From NCBI RefSeq assembly GCF_030028105.1, contig NC_092373.1, positions 116,448,135-116,512,134 on the forward strand: DNA of 64,000 bases, read 5' to 3'. Position 1 is the stretch's first letter. The number at the start of each line of letters is the position of its first letter. The translations under genes and the position numbers were made by a program. This stretch comes from Mobula birostris. Lineage: Eukaryota. Shown here one piece after another: positions 12,690-25,755 of the stretch. The notes under the pieces are model-generated. The model was given only the letters and a program-made list of their open reading frames with translations, ran no database searches and had not been told where the DNA came from.

Positions 12690-15560
12690 TTTTAAAGAAA
12701 GGGGGAAAGGGAGTAACGAGGGTGGAGCTTAGTTTGAAAGATTAAGAACTGGAATTAGTTTGGACAAAGTTGGGAAATAGTATTAAGTAGGAAACATTGG
12801 AGGCATTTGTATGAAAGCACAGAAGCAACAGCAGCAATGCAGGAAATTGTGAAAATCATGGACTTAGAGTTGCATATTAATGCAATAATTATAAGGAAAC
12901 TGCAAAACATATAGAGATTCACACACCAAAGTAGTATTAATAGCGTAGAAAATAAAGTTATGTGGTTTATTAAAGATGTGTGTGTAGTTCAGTATGATCA
13001 GGAACCAACACCAGAACAGAATATTTTGTATGTGGTACTGTGTCATGAGAAAGGGTTCATCAAGGAGTTTGTCAATAAGGGGCCTTTAGGGAACGCTGAT
13101 CACAATCTGATGGGATTTGATATAAAAAATCATTCTAAATCTAACGTGTTAAACTTGAATGAAGCAAACTAAGAAGGCATGTTGCATGAATTGGCAATAG
13201 TACACTGGGAAACATTATTAAAAGATATGACCAAAACCAGCATTGGCGAATACTTAAAGAATTTTTACCTAAGTTATAATTCATAAATATCACACGCATA
13301 CACACACACGCACACACATGCACACAGCCTTGTTACCCTGCTGTCATCGCACTGAATGTGCACATACCTTCTCCAGTAAATTCTCATAATGTGCCCTAGA
13401 CTGAGCTGATACGTTCAGGTTGGCTTTATGGTACCTTTCCCACCATACAGAGCAGAATAATGGGGATGTGTAAAAATGTACCTGTTATTTGTATACTGTA
13501 CTTAAGGTAGATACTTCTGTTTATCTTATAATATAATTGTAGCTACTTTTTGGGGTGCATCATAACCCCACCTTTCAAAGCAAAAGTGCTCCGCCGGTGA
13601 AGTGGTGGAGCCTTGGTTACAGGAAGAAATTAAAAGTAACATTAGATCAAAGGGAAATGTTCATTTCATCTCCTGAAAAGCCAGTGAGCCAGGGGATTGG
13701 AATATTTCAGAATTTCAGCAAGAGAGGACTAAGGCACTCAAAAGGTAGGAGAATTAGAATATGAGGGTATTGTAGTAAGAAAAGTAAAATTGAGCTGTAG
13801 AAACTTCCATAGAAAAAGATTAATTAATGTTGATATGGATCCCTTACAGACCAAGGCAGAAAAATATGTATGCAGCTAGGAAATATATTAAATAAATATT
13901 TTATAATTGTTTTCCCAATAGATGGCACAGCAAAACCTTCTAAAATGTGCAGAACAATGAAATGAGTTCAAATAAATTGGTATTAGTAAAAATTAGTATT
14001 TAAGAAATTAGTGGAATGGAAAAGCATTAAATATCTAGAATCTGTTGATAACCATCCTAGAATTTAAGAAGTGGTGGCAGTGGAGAAAATAGACATACAA
14101 ATGACCATTTCCTGACATTTCAGAGATTTTAGAATGGTTCTTATAGATGGAAGGCGACAAATATAACCCTACTATTTAGAGGAGAATAACATCAGTTGCA
14201 GGGGAAATACCAGAATTTAGTATTAAAGAAGTGATAATAGGACACAGAAAATGACATTTCAATCGGACAAAATCTATGTGGATTTATGAAAGAGAAATCA
14301 GATTTGGTAAATCTCCTGGAATTGTTTTGAGTTTGTAGTTAGGAACATAATTAAGGCTGATGTAGCTGGGACAGTGCATTTGGACTTTTAGAAAGCTTTC
14401 CATGAGGCACCAAGCAAAAGATAGTTTTAAAAAGAATGAGCAATAACATAGATTAGGAATAATATATTGCAATGGATGAAGGATTGGTTACTAGGTAGAA
14501 AACAGAAGGAATAAATGGGTCATTTTGGGTTGGGAAGATGTGACCAGTGGGTAGCGTGGGGTTCACTGCTGGCATCCCTGTTGTTAACAGTCTATATTAA
14601 AGATTAGGATGAGGAGATCAAGTGCAATGTATCAAAATTTGCTGATGACACGAAGCAGAGTGACCATACTGACAGTGAGAAGGATGAGAAAGGTTTTAGT
14701 GTGATTTCCAAACAAGAGAGAATCTGCAGATGCTGGAAATCCAAGCAACACATGCAAAATGCTGGAGGAACTCAGCAGGCTAGGCAACATCTATGGAAGA
14801 ACAGTACTGTCGATGTTTCAGGCCGAAACCTTTCGGCAGTCCTGTACTGTACTTTTTTCCCGTGGATGCTGCCTGGCCTGCTGAGTTCCTCCAGCATTCT
14901 GTGTGTGTGTTGCTTAGTGTGATATACACAAGTTTAGTGAGTGGACAGGAAGGTAGCAGACAAAATAGGGTGCAGAAAGATTTAAGAAACAACTTTGGTG
15001 GAAAAATATAGAAAGATGGGGTATTTTTTGATTGATGAGAGCTTGAAAGGTGTTGAGGTTCAGAAAGGCCTAGGTGTCCTTTAGTATGAGTCAATAAAAA
15101 ATAACATGCACAGAAACGAACACTGGTTGACTAGTCTGATTCCTGGTCATAATGGGCTTGTCCTGTGAGGAGAGTTCAAGCCAAGTGGCTGTCTAACTGC
15201 TTGTATTTTGAAGAAAGAGTGATAATTGTTGAAAATGTAAAGTCCTTACCAGCATGGCAGTGTAGATGCAAACACAATGTTTCTGAAAATTAGGGATCAA
15301 CCTTTCGGAGATAAAAAGATTGGTTTCACCCTAAAAGGTCGTGAATCTTACATTTCTCTGCCTAAGAGGATCTCAATGGCTCGATTGTTGAATATATACT
15401 AGAAAGGCATAAATCGTTTTTTGGATACTAAGGGAACCAGGGGATGCAGGGCCACAGTAGTTCAGAAAAAAGGCATTGAAGAAAAGATCAATCAACAACA
15501 TCTGACTGAATGAGAGGGTAACAATAAGGGAGCCGAATGACCTGCTGTTCCTACTCCTCA
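12690..15560 (+). mobile_element. Old, heavily decayed CR1 LINE (endonuclease to RT to 3' tail) with internal insertions
   Basis: Remnant motifs QEPT..QNIL..VLC, GPLGNADHN, LDF.KAF, SKFADDTK. (CA)n at ~13289-13326. Confidence 0.65.
14706..14913. mobile_element. Fold-back Penelope terminal fragment inserted in CR1, 10-bp TSD
   Basis: Inverted arms (ATGCTGGAGGAACTCAGCAGG / CCTGCTGAGTTCCTCCAGCAT). TTAGTGTGAT at 14696-14705 and 14914-14923. Confidence 0.8.
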
Positions 15561-15763
15561 TCTCCCTATTTAAAATTTGTAAATTGGATTATTTTTCAGT
15601 CTTTGTCAAACTTGTTAAAACTGGTCATCAGTATAAATTACTGATACATTAAACGTATGTGTATGCATATAAATGAAGTGTATATATGAAACGAGATAGG
15701 AAGGTGATAATTATACGTCAGATTTATGGTGCGTTCCAACATGATTCTAATGTTGGTTTTCAG

Positions 15764-15886
15764 ATATTGATGAATGCAAAACTGGGGTGCACAATTGTGA
15801 TGAAAATGCTTTCTGCACGAATACAAATGGAAATTACAGCTGTACGTGTTACAAAGGATTTATAGGCACAGGATATCATTGTTTGC
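15764..15886 (+). CDS. EGF: pro-EGF exon: calcium-binding EGF module, DIDECKTGVHNCDENAFCTNTNGNYSCTCYKGFIGTGYHCL
   Basis: ttttcag acceptor, gtaagt donor, phase 1-1. DIDEC and C-x-N-x4-Y-x-C cbEGF signature. Confidence 0.95.
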
Positions 15887-15924
15887 GTAAGTAGACAAGC
15901 TTTACACTGAATGAGTCTCTTATT

Positions 15925-16160
15925 TTATTGAGATGTAGCGCGGAATGGGCCCTCACGGCTCTTCAAACCTCGCTGCCCAGCAATCCTCTGATTTTATCCT
16001 AGCCTAACCACAGACAATTTACAGTGACCAATTCGGTCTGTGGGAGGAGACCAGAGCACCCGGAGGAAACCCACGTGGTCACGGGGAGAACGTCCAAACT
16101 CCTTACGGGTAGCGGTGGGAATTGAACTCAGGTCACCTGCACTGTAAAGCATTGCAAGCC
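15925..16160 (-). mobile_element. tRNA-derived V-SINE (HE1-like)
   Basis: Reverse complement of the V-domain (GTTCTCCCCGTGACCACGTGGGTTTCCTCCGGGTGCTC) and a B-box-like GAGTTCAATTCC. Confidence 0.75.
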
Positions 16161-16614
16161 TCCAAACCCCACGACAAGGTTGTGGTCCTCTTGGAGCACT
16201 GGGAATGTTAGAAGAATAAAAATGGGATTAATGGCAGATAAGTATAAACAGATGGTTGATGGTCAGCATGGATCTGGAGGGAGGGCTAAGGGTCTTTTCC
16301 ACACGGTTTCTCTTGACGACTTTAAGTTCCACAGCGCCACCTATCGGGTATGCATCACCTGTAATACTTTCCACATCTCTGAGTCAAATCGTTGTGCCCC
16401 ACCCAAAATCACCATCAGAACATAGACTGCAAACATTCTGAATGTCACTCATTGTCACCTCCTCAAGAGCAGTCAGGGATAAGCCTCACCTCACACCTAT
16501 TTTACCAGCAAGAATATATTTAAGAAATGAAATACAGATGACCTTTTCTACCAGCAGTGTTGCTGCCTGTAACATCAAAGTGTTTAAGGTATGAAATGTT
16601 TCCAATTCATCCAG

Positions 16615-16798
16615 GTACAATCAGCTCTGCGGCACCCACTGAAAGTTTGACAGAAGCAACTGCCAGGAGCGTCATATCAGAGATACCGACACACAAACCG
16701 GAGAATCACATGGTGAACTGCCCATATTCACACGAAGACTTCTGTCTGAATGGAGGAATTTGCTTCCTTATCACCGAGATAACATCAATTTCATGCAA
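16615..16798 (+). CDS. EGF: pro-EGF exon: Ser/Thr-rich stalk plus N-terminal part of mature EGF, (R)TISSAAPTESLTEATARSVISEIPTHKPENHMVNCPYSHEDFCLNGGICFLITEITSISC
   Basis: ccag acceptor, gtaaat donor at 16799. The phase-2 intron between Cys4 and Cys5 is typical of ErbB-ligand EGF motifs. C-x7-C-x5-C-x10-C spacing. Confidence 0.93.
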
Positions 16799-17074
16799 GT
16801 AAATAAAAGCAATGATATGTGTACTGTTCACATTCCTGAGCATAAAATGTAAAATAGCCTACTGAGTGGCAGAAAGTAGAAAGTACAAAGGAATTAAAAT
16901 ATCCTACAAGTTTAATGCAAGGGAAAGGAATTCTTGAATTTATGTTTCCCATAACTCCGGAGTGATATTTTTGTAGTTTTGAAGTTGGAGATCTATCATA
17001 ATCCTGGTCAATATATAAACAGGGAGAACCTGTCAAAGATGTGAGATGATTTGTTGAATGACAAATATTGCATG

Positions 17075-17727
17075 TACTTCTGTGGAAAATGTTGCTGCTC
17101 TTCATTTACATCTTGTGACCATTTACATACACGTGAAACGTCCTCAGTATTAATCAAACCCACGAAGGACAGCTCCACAATCGTGCACTCAGTTCTCCTC
17201 GAAAAGCAGGACTTCCGGCAGCCAAACATTTCAATTCCAATCCCCAATCCCTTTCCAACATGTTGGTCCATGACCTCCTCGTGCCAAGATGAGGCACATG
17301 CAGCTCTTCCTCAGGCTGGAGAAGCACCTCATATTCCATCCAGGTTGCCTGCACATCAATTTCTCATTCCAGTAATTTTTTCCCTCCCCCTCCCCTCTTC
17401 TATTCTCCAATCTGGCCTCTTACCTCTTCTCACCTGGCTATCACTCCCCGCCCCCCAGTGCCCCTCCTTCTTTCCTTTCCCCCGGTCCACTCTCCTCCCC
17501 TATCAGATTCACTCCTCTCCAGCTCTTTATCTTTCCCACCCAGCTGGCTTCACCAATTACCTTCTCGGTAGCCTCCTTCCCCACATCCCAACCTTTTTAT
17601 TCTTTCGTCTTCCCCCTTCCTTTCCAGTCCTGATGAAGGAACTCGGCCTGAAACACCGACTGTTTATTCATCTCCACAGATGCTGCTTGGCCTGCCGAGT
17701 CCCTCCAGCATTTTGTGTGTGTTGCTT
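17075..17727 (+). mobile_element. Penelope-like element, decayed GIY-YIG end plus pyrimidine-rich 3' region with degenerate hammerhead (17625-17662)
   Basis: Colinear with 40880-41457 (HFNS...LLxCQDEA...LEKHLIF). ORF 17051-17875 is an out-of-frame read-through. Confidence 0.75.
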
Positions 17728-20700
17728 CAGCTCCCTTGTGATGGATTTGAATCAACAATATCCATGGCCCTTGGAGAACGTAACCAACTCGGTCACACCT
17801 GAGAACTGGAAGGAAGAGCCTCTCATTAGCACAGCATTACATCAGACGTGTGAAGTAATCACATACAAGTTATAAGAAACACAACTTGAACAAAAAAGAT
17901 TTTTTTTATTTTTGCAAGAAATAAAGTAGAGGTTGCAGAGGTTTGAAGACAGAATTAGGTAGAACTTTCATGATGAGGCATTTTGAATAGGAATCAAAGC
18001 TAAAGTAAGAAAGAACGAGCAGCAAATATACTAACCACATGAAATCAATGATAAGCGGTTGAAAGAGTAAATAATAATTGGGGAAGTCTTCAGTCAAGTG
18101 ATTTAGGCACAAAATAATTCTTGCTTCTGTTTTCCATATCCTTGCAGACTGGTCCAGGTTCTAATTTATCCAAATCGGCTCTAGCATCATAAAACTGGGC
18201 ATAGATCAGATTGCAAGATTGAAAATGATTACTGTGGCAAAACTGTGTTTATGTTTCTAGCAAGCAAAGCCACTCACTGGAAAGCTTCATAAATCTTGCC
18301 ATATCAAAATAATAGAAAGGAAATGACAATTAAAGGGCTTTTAAGTTCATATTAGTTTTTTTTAAATCAGGTTATTCACAGCCAATGGACTAGAGATTGT
18401 TACAAAGTAACTTATTTCAGGCAGTTTTCAGCTATGTGAAAAAAGATCCGCCAACTTGTGTTGAAATATGATTTCCCTACAGTACCAATACGTTATGAAA
18501 TTAATCTTTGGTGAATATTCCTTGCACTTTATAAGGGCAGTTAGAATATATCTGATGAACACTCACTTTAGATGTGTGGGGAGAGAGGGAGAGAGAAAGA
18601 GAAAGAGAGAGTGATACTAACTTGAAAGAGACTGTAAAGCAGGCAATATGGATTTAGCTTTGGATTCCATGGGAATGAAAAGCAGAGGTGATATCAGATG
18701 ACTGAATTAATCCACACCATCTTCAATCTGCAATATAACAACCACTTTAATATATTTTTTTAAACTCAGCTGCGTTTTTTTTGGAAGAATGGAAAGGAAA
18801 AAATAATGAGGACTTGCTGGATTTGGATCTAAAGTTTACCTTCATGCTTCACTTCTGTGGATGCTTACTAAAAGAAATTTACCGTTTTTTAAAAAAGGGA
18901 ATTTGCTGTAGAGGGCAGTGTTGCCACATGACATTTGTTTTAGTTGAGGGACATCAAAATCACCACATCTCAATCAGTGCTTCAATGCAGAAAAATGCCC
19001 AAGGCTTTCAACTAACTTGACAATAGTTAATGTAGCAAAAAGAAGTCCCAATGCTAAACAGGAGTGAGAATTAGTAACCAACTGATGTGGTTCAGGTAAA
19101 TTTAACCTACCCACTCTGTGCAGGAAATAACAGCAAAAAACTTTCAGACAGTGAAAGGACACCGGTCACCAGCTGAGGTTGAGCCACAGGCTACAAGGTA
19201 ATGTCATCAATCATATTCCTCTCTCCCCTAGCTTTACAGGGAAAGTTTAAAAAGATACTCAATATGTTTCAAACATCTTTAGCCTCAGATTGTCTTCTCC
19301 TATTCTGTAGCAACCAGGAAAACACTACTCTCTTGTAAGCTAGTCTATGCCCTCCTGGAGCATAGTCTATGCCTTTGAATTCCAATCAGTATATTTGGCA
19401 CCAGACCGCACCATCTTTGGACAAGGATCAAAAATGTCTGCTCCAAGATTTAACTTATTGAACTGCGAAGTTCAGTGTAGACATCGGCAGACAAGTGTCT
19501 CAGGATGAGTGGAAGTGCCAACCATTCTGCCATTTGCACCACAATGTCTGAGCTCTACCGATCTATGCACCACCAATTAAGAAATGAAAAGGAAAGAGAA
19601 CAGAGAAAGTGCAAAGGCATGAAAAGAAATTAAAGGAAAGGGAATAGATAGGGGTCATGTTTTCTGTTTTTCTGCTGTGACTTCAGGGAAAATGAATGGA
19701 ACGTAGAAAAAATGGTATACGTAGTACTGCCTCTAGGTCAAATAAAGAATTAAGTTATTGTGACACTTTTCACCTTCAATTCTATCATTTTATAGATGAT
19801 GAAATAAAATTTGAAACATAGTAGTGGCATAATATGAAAAACAATCTCACAGTCAGAAATACCACCTATCTGTTTTAATATTTTTGGTTCTAAGAAGATA
19901 GAACTCACACCCTATATATAAGATAATGGGTCTGAACATTGGAGTGAACTCCCTTTCTTCTTTGTGAAATGGTGTCATGGGATCTCCTACTTTCCCTGAG
20001 AGGGGAGAATGGACACGTTGTAACTTTCCATACAGAAGTCTGCAGGTCTGGCAGAGGTTAGCTTTTAGTGAACTCTACAGATACTTGTGATACCGCAGCG
20101 TCTTTAGTGCAAGTTAAAAGTACTGCTGGCAAACTGAAATAAGAGTTTTTAAAAATGCTGAAAACGGTCAGTAGGTGAGACATATCTGAGGGCAGGGAAG
20201 CAGTCAATGTTTCAGATCTGGAATTCTTCATCAGAACTGAGTAAGAGAGAAAACAAGTTAGTTTTAGGTAACAGAGAAGCTGAATAATAAATGGTAGAAC
20301 AAAGGGAATATCTCTGATAGGACGAGACCAGATGACATAATGCAGCTGTGGCACTAAGTAGCCCCTAAATTCAAATTGTTTAATGGCTCTGGATGATGGG
20401 AGAAACCACAGAAATCTAACGTATCACATATGTGATATATGCACACGTTTACATGTGGATAAACTCACCAGCCATGTTCCTATTCAAAACAGATATGAGG
20501 ATGCAAGGATACACTTATATTTTAAATATGTAAATCTGCTACATGATTATATGCATTATCCGAAGGAAATGGGCTGAATTAAGGATAAGTTTTCATTCTT
20601 GTGTGAGTGCAGAGAGCCAGCAACATTTTTCATACAGAGAATGCAAGATGACTTGATTGAACCTGCTTAGGTGACAAATGTGTTAGAAATGCGCCCAGGT

Positions 20701-21534
20701 GTGTTGATAGAGATAGCTACATGAGGGAGATAAAAGAGACTCTTAGAGAGGCACATAGATGAAAGAAAAATGGAGGTCTATGTGAGAGGGAAGGGTTAGA
20801 TTGACCCGGAGTAGGTTGAAAGATTGGCATAATATCGTGGGTCGAAGGGCAAGTGCCATGCTGGCCTGTTCTATGCTCTAAACTAGAAATGGGTTTCAGA
20901 ATAGGTATAGTAATGAGCTGGGCTGAACAGAGGACGTGGGTCTGATACCGGGACATCAGTAAGGCTGCTTTCCTCTGGCCATCCTTCCCGAACTTGACAC
21001 TGCCTCTGGCCCCAGCCACCTCTGATGGAAGTGCTGTGACTGTTCATTGGGGAGTAATCTCTGACATCTGCTGGTTCCAGTCTGGGCAGCACTCACAGAC
21101 AGGCAACAAGAGAGTAAGTGGGTGTGAGAGGGGCTGAAGGTAATGCCGCAGTCCAACCACTTGCAACAGTTCTGTGGAAACTGCCGTGCCTCCTGGCTCC
21201 CTGCATAAATTGGTAATCTAGTTTATTTTTATCTCACGGGATTTACAGGGAGAAACTCTGGCTTACAGGCCATCCACCACAGATTAGATCATCACATCAG
21301 TATATTGAGGTGGTATCAGGGAAAATCAATAACAGAATGCAGAATAGAGTGTTACAGTTTCAGAGAGAGTGCAGAGGAGGCCAACAGTACAATCCAAGGC
21401 CACGGCAACGTAGACAGTGAGGCCAAGGGTCATTTCTCATCCAAGGGGGCTGTTCAATAGTCTGACAACAGTGTGACAGAAGGCACAGGTATTCCACATC
21501 CTCTCTCCTCACCCATTTTCTGCTGCTTTTACAG

Positions 21535-21699
21535 CTGTCCTAAAGGTTATGTGGGGGAGCGGTGTGAGTACAGTGACTTACAATGGTGGGAACTGCGCCA
21601 ATTTGAGGAAGAGAAGAGGCGTAATGTGGTTATTGCCGCATGCATGATGGTGTTAATCTGCTTGTTGTCAGTGGGAGCTTGTGTTTCGTACCGCATTGG
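21535..21699 (+). CDS. EGF: pro-EGF exon: C-terminal part of mature EGF plus transmembrane helix, (N)CPKGYVGERCEYSDLQWWELRQFEEEKRRNVVIAACMMVLICLLSVGACVSYRI
   Basis: ttttacag acceptor, gtgagt donor at 21700, phase 2-2. GY.GERC.Y.DL.WWELR is diagnostic of EGF. Confidence 0.97.
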
Positions 21700-21869
21700 G
21701 TGAGTATAAACAGGTGATATCCACAGTAATTTGCATATAAATCGAAAAGCACAACACATCAAGCAGTTACTGTATATATTAATCCATGATTAGCAGAACT
21801 TAGGTTTCTGACCTGAAAAATCTCTCTCCCCACAGGTGTGTCCTAATTTGTTGAGCATAATGTCACTTC

Positions 21870-22270
21870 AACCCTTTAAGAATGGAGGGTGGCAAAAGAA
21901 AGGAAATTATAGTCCAGTTAGTCTGACTTCAATGGTTGGCAAGATGTTAGAGTCCATCAGGTTGTTGGGTACTTGGAGACACGCAATAAATTAGGCCGAA
22001 GTCAGCATGATTTTCCCAAGGGGAAACATTTTGAGGAAATAACAGGAAGGATAGACAAAGAAGAGTCAGTGGATGTTTTGATCTTCAGAAGGCCTTTTTC
22101 AATGAGTCTGCCCATGGTCTTATAGGAAAGATACTAGCTGGATAGGAGAATGGCTAACTCACAGAAGGCAAACAATGGAAATAAAGGAGGCCTTTTCATG
22201 TTGGCTGCAGGTGACTAGCGGTGTTTCTCAAGTGTTGATCTGGGGACTGCTCCTTTTCCTGTTATACACC
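21870..22270 (+). mobile_element. CR1 RT fragment, truncated at the Gypsy insertion
   Basis: NYSPVSLTSMVGKMLES and VTSGVSQ..I.G.LLF remnants. Confidence 0.65.
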
Positions 22271-23094
22271 ATCTATTTCCACAATTGCCACACCTCCTTT
22301 TCCATGGGTACGTCCTCATTTGAAATGCTTCTTGGCTACCAACCTCCACTGTGCCCCGTGAAGAGCCAATGATTAAGGTTCCGTTAGCTAGGGCCCTGGT
22401 TCACTGGTGTCGGAATGCTTGGAGGAGAGCGTGGAGGTCTATCCTAGCTGCTACCGTGCCTACTGCCACCAGGACAACCACCTGGCCTGGGACAGTGTTT
22501 GGCTGTCCACTCGAGATCTGCCCCCCATGCAATGACTCCTGCAAGCTGTCGTCACGGTTCTCTAGTCCCTGTCGCATCAACCTAATCACTGACCGTCTCC
22601 AGCCGCCATCGTTCCTCAGGATCACTCCTACTTTCCATGTGGTCCATGGACAATGGGCCTCAATCCCATTGTCCACGGACCACTCTACCCACCTGAGCCT
22701 ACACACCTGGAACCTAGGATGGTGGAAGGTGGTTCAGTGTACACTGTCCGCTGGCTGATGGATTTACGTCGTTAGGGGTGGGGTGTTGAGTACCTGGTCA
22801 ACTCGTAAGGTTATGGCCCAGAGGACAGATCTTGGGTGCCGTCCACTTACATCTGGGATCATTGCCTACTGAGGAATTCCAGCAGATAGTCCTGGGCCGT
22901 AGGGAGCTGGCCTTAAAGGGCTCCTGTCAGGACTGCACTTGCAGGCTCCTCCCAGTCTCCACCCACCTAACAGGGGTCACCTGCCGCTCATTTCCAACTC
23001 ATCACCTGCAGCCTATTTAAACCCAGCTCTCATCCACAATCCTTGTTCACTCATTGAACCAGCCAGCCTCAACCATTGGCTCCAACTCTTCAGT

Positions 23095-23684
23095 TTCAAA
23101 GTTACAAAGTTCATTATTAAAGTATTTAAACAGTATACAACCCTGAGATTCATCTCCCTACAGGCAGTCACAAAGCCAAGAAACACCATAAAATCCATCT
23201 AAAGCAAAGACCCACACAACGAAGACCATCAAACACCTAATGCAGGAAAAAAGAACAAATCACGCAGACAACAGACCATGAGCAAGTAGCACATGGAATG
23301 TTAATGTGGAGTTCCTGAAAGTGATGGCAGGCCGATGCAGAGGCAGTTCTGCGGCAAAGCAAATAGTAAGAAAGAGTAAACAAAAAAACATGAACCGCAG
23401 AGTCCACAAAAGTTAATCCACAGCTGTGGAGTATTCAGTGCTAAGAACTTTAAACGTCAAACTGCAGAATCCCCGAAAGCGAGCCCACGGCCATGGGCCA
23501 CCGACGCGATCGAACCTTGCAGTGTGAGACCCAAGACTCCTACACCAGCAGTGAGAGGGAGACCGGTCACACTCAGGCAGACAGCTCTGAACGCCAACTC
23601 ATTTTCTGCTCTTGTCCTCGTCCTTTTAACCTTGCTCCATGCTTTAATTGGCACAGAGTAAAGGAGCCAACCAGGGGTTCACGT
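23095..23684 (-). mobile_element. Non-LTR (SINE/LINE-tail) insertion inside the first LTR
   Basis: Absent from the second LTR. Begins with the reverse complement of a ...TAATGAACTTTG tail shared with 3361-3660 and 44113-44210. Confidence 0.65.
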
Positions 23685-25337
23685 TATCTTGTTGCCTGTG
23701 AGATTAGTATCTGTTCTCTCTTGTTCTGTGGCCTCTCGTGACTTGTTGATTTTGCAGTTGTTTATTAAATTTACTGGTCACTGCTAAATCATTTCTGCTG
23801 CTCTGCTTTTGGGTCAAGTGCCCTGTACGTTTCCTGACAGGATGAGTGAACCATCGATTGGCCCAGCAGAATAAGCTCACCTAAAGAAAGTTGTCTATTG
23901 ACATGAGCAATCGATCCAGGAGCAGCAGGAAATCCCTGACAATCTGCTCACCACTCTCTGTCTTGATACAGCAACCCCGTAACAGTCAACCTCTTCCCTC
24001 TGAGGCCTGGATACCAGTTCCCTATACGCTTTGACAGATCTCCAACCCAATGCCGCAACTTCCTGTCCCAGAGCATCTTACACTTTGAGCTGCCCCTGTC
24101 TCTGCTTTCTACACACTTCAGCGTCTCTCTCTCTTGACTGGGCAAGCCCTGACCTGGGCAAGCTGCTAACTGGGACAATAAACCCATGGTTTGCAATAAA
24201 TGTGAGGAATTCTCTGATGAGATGCTCCGGGAAATGGAAGAGGGATCGTGGATTGGATACATCACCTGTGTCAAGGCTCACGCTTGGTCCTAGATTTCAC
24301 TGTGGAATTCAGGACCCTCGCAGCGGAGTGGAGCTGAGATGTGAAAGTGCTGCCGGCCCATTACCATAACGGTTTCCCAAAGTGCCTCAAAATTGAGCTG
24401 TCTACCCGGGAGATGCCACTAACCTCAAAAGCCTCATCACTCCGGCCCTCTGAATTAATAGGTATCTTATGGAATGACCCTCCAGATCCTCAGCCAGACC
24501 CCATTTCCATTCCCAGAATCATCAACACCTCTAGAACCCATGCAGTTAGAGAGAGCTGCTTTAACCCCTCAAGAACATGATCATCGATGGAGGAACAACT
24601 TGACTGCACACTGCAGAGCAGTCAATCACCCGTGCATCAAATGCGTCCAGGAAATGGCACCACCGGGTAGAGCCTTCCATCTGAAAAGCTCCCCTGGCCC
24701 CTCATCCCAGTGTCATAGCTTGTATCTCTCTCTCTGTTTTCCTCCGGACCCTGATGGCTCTAAGTACATGAGAGGAACCTGCTGGATTCAGGCGCCGCAG
24801 GCAACTTTTTGGACAGGACCCCTTGTGTGCATCTTGGACTTAATTCCCAGCCTATCTTTCACCCCTTCTGCATCACAGCCACTGACAGACGTCCCTTGGG
24901 AGCTGGGATGTTCAGAGCACGCACACAGCCTTGCACATGAGCATCAGAGAGCACCGTGAGTCTATCTAATTCTTCCTGATCGACTCACCCATCACTCCTC
25001 TAATCTTGGGTTACCCCTGGCCCTCCACTCATGGCCCTTCCTTTGCCTTGCCACCCGGTTCAGCAGGGACCACTTGAGGGGTAACTGCCTGCAACATCAG
25101 TGAGCTTCACACCGTAGACCTGTGGAGACAGAGGAAACACCTGACCTCACCAAACTCCCACAGGAATACCACGGCGTGGCCAGCACCCTGCTACCTCATA
25201 GACTACACGGCCGGAGGTCATCTGTTCTCCCTCTGCCCTCCCGAGACCCGAGCCATAAATGACTACATTGCTGAAGCTCCACAGCACAGGTTCAGTCAAC
25301 GTTCCAGTCCCCAGCCAGTGGAAGGTTCTTCTTGATC

Positions 25338-25755
25338 GACGTCTCTTTCACCTCAGGCAACTGAAGAAGTTCGGCATGGGCCCCCAGATCCTCAAGACCT
25401 TCTACAGGGACACCATTGAAAGCACCTTGACTGGCTGTATCACTGCTTGGTATGGGAACTGCACCAACCTCAAACGCTGGGCACTTCGGAGAGTGGTACA
25501 GACAGCCCAGCTCATCTGTGGTTGTGAACTTCCCTCCATTAAGGAAATGTACAGCAGCAGGTGCAGAAAAAAGGCCCGGAAGATCATCGGGAACATCAGT
25601 CACCCCAACCATAAACTGCTTCAGCTGTTTCTGTTTGGCAAGCGCTACCGCAGCATTAAAGCCAGGCAACGGGACAGCTTCTTCCTACAAGCTGTTAGAC
25701 ATCTAAATTCACATGTCTATACATTGCAACAGAGTCACAACGCAAAGATTTTTCT
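25338..25755 (+). mobile_element. Rex1/Babar-clade LINE 3' fragment inserted in Gypsy pol
   Basis: RRLFHLRQLKKFGMGPQILKTFYRDTIESTLTGCITAWYGNC...HPNHKL...RDSFF, the typical RT C-terminal (DUF1891-type) sequence. Confidence 0.8.

Noticed and set aside
17051-17875. 274-aa ORF
   Set aside because: Read-through of a decayed Penelope 3' end and pyrimidine tract.
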